Of a DNA stretch of 64,000 bases, positions 62,871-64,000 are shown one piece after another. The stretch lies in assembly GCA_010093815.1 (NCBI GenBank), contig ML996565.1; one strand, written 5' to 3'. Origin of the DNA: Pseudovirgaria hyperparasitica. Taxonomy: Eukaryota. Each line of letters begins with the position of its first letter. Position 1 is the stretch's first letter. The translations under genes were made by a program, and so were the position numbers. The notes below the pieces were generated by a model that saw only the letters and a program-made list of their open reading frames with translations, was not told the origin of the DNA and searched no databases.

Positions 62871-63749
62871 AACAATCAAAGAAGATTAAAGTTGGCTGTG
62901 TACACTTCCAGGCCTGTGCTAAACAGCAGATAGACACCATGGTACAATCATACACACGGTCGTGTTTCAGTGCTATGTGTCTCTAATTGGATGATTTGTC
63001 ATGTCTATTATCATATACTTCGTTTGAAGCCCCCTTATCTTTCATATCATTCCTCGTGGACTTCGTTAGTGGATGTGTATGCACAGGGGTCACCTGCTCC
63101 ACACCTTTTAACCCAAAAAGCAGACACCTTAACGTTCGTACCCTACTTTTATAGTAAGTAGTTTATGAATGTTTCCAACACCGCATCATCATATTCGTGA
63201 CATCATGTAGCGGAACTGAAAATAGGAAAAAAAACTAGCATCAAAACATGTACAGACTACAAGGTAAAGGTATCACACGACCTACCGTGTCACCCTGGGG
63301 AGTAGTAGGTCAGAGAAATCTCTCTTAATAACAGAAAAGAAAAACACGAAAACAAAAAGCTCATGTCCGGAGTCGAACATGCGCCTCTGCGCCCCAACAG
63401 ATATTTCACTACTTCGGTGGGGAAGTTAGGATGTTAGCCAGTCGACTATCCCACCGGGGTCATGAAATACTGGTGGATATGATTGATTATATTAGTCTAT
63501 CCTTTGGATAGATGTGTTAATAACGCTGACATGGCACGGTTGCGTTGTTGTGTTGGTGTTCCTATTCACTATACACTGTTCACTATATTGGTCCAAGCTC
63601 AAATTTGTACAGACAGGACATATATAGATACCGGAGATCGCACCCAAATACAGTATAAACCTCTAGCCACTCCTAACGCCGCGCTGGATCGGGCGTACCC
63701 AGACTGATGGTGTTGACTTTACATACAATGTCGACAAGAATATGTTTAC

Positions 63750-63942
63750 TCAATGCGCGTGTCCGAATTGTGTTAGCAGAGGGACGAGCATTCCGGCAAC
63801 CATCACCGCCACCTCTGTTGCTGTTTGCTTCTTGGGCGCGTGGTTCGAATGCTGCCGTGCGCCGTACGAGTCCCCGTATCCGTTTGTGTCGTGGTGGCCA
63901 TGCGGTGAGTTGGATTCCTGCATTGCGTGCATGGCGACGTAT
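63750..63942 (-). CDS. Last exon of a ZIP-family metal transporter (Atx2/ZIP9-like); the gene continues beyond the window
   Basis: After a CAG acceptor the exon reads YVAMHAMQE...(His-containing loop)...VMVAGMLVPLLTQFGHAH*, matching the last TM segments of ZIP proteins. Confidence 0.75.
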
Positions 63943-64000
63943 CTGTGTATCAAGTCAGCAACGTCATCTCCACACAACTAGCTCAATTGGCAGCAGTAAA

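Noticed and set aside
1..64000. tRNA/rRNA genes, transposons, RIP-degraded repeats, and TGA-CTA read-through to a cryptic PTS1
   Set aside because: The GTTCGA hits I examined lacked a cloverleaf context. I saw no RT or transposase motifs or long AT-rich relics, and no stop codon checked had a read-through context. This was inspection by eye only.

Overview
Eukaryotic, gene-dense DNA from a filamentous ascomycete (Pezizomycotina), inferred from short GT-AG introns with CTRAC/CTAAT branch points and from the gene families present. About 21 protein-coding genes can be built by hand-splicing. In order: ALG8, ITC1, SGF73, a hidden 4-TM membrane protein, a GH64 beta-1,3-glucanase, an intronless Ser/Thr kinase-TPR fusion, a WSC cell-wall sensor, ArfGAP GCS1, TAH18/NDOR1, a two-RRM protein, ETF-beta, an SYG-repeat hydrophilin, CWC15, a Bud21/Utp16-like protein, Sec61-beta, a disordered hypothetical protein, an F-box protein, a GH27-CBM35 alpha-galactosidase, ECM14, a Sec7-PH Arf GEF, the succinate-fumarate carrier, twinfilin, and the last exon of a ZIP transporter. 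I saw no tRNA, rRNA, CRISPR array or recognisable transposon. Most of the window is housekeeping, and the sequence alone does not prove a novel system. The best candidate is the accessory-looking block at about 10.4-22.4 kb (4-TM protein, signal-less GH64, kinase-TPR, WSC sensor). Next are the SYG-repeat protein and a structured intron in Sec61-beta. Family calls come from recalled motifs, not from database searches.
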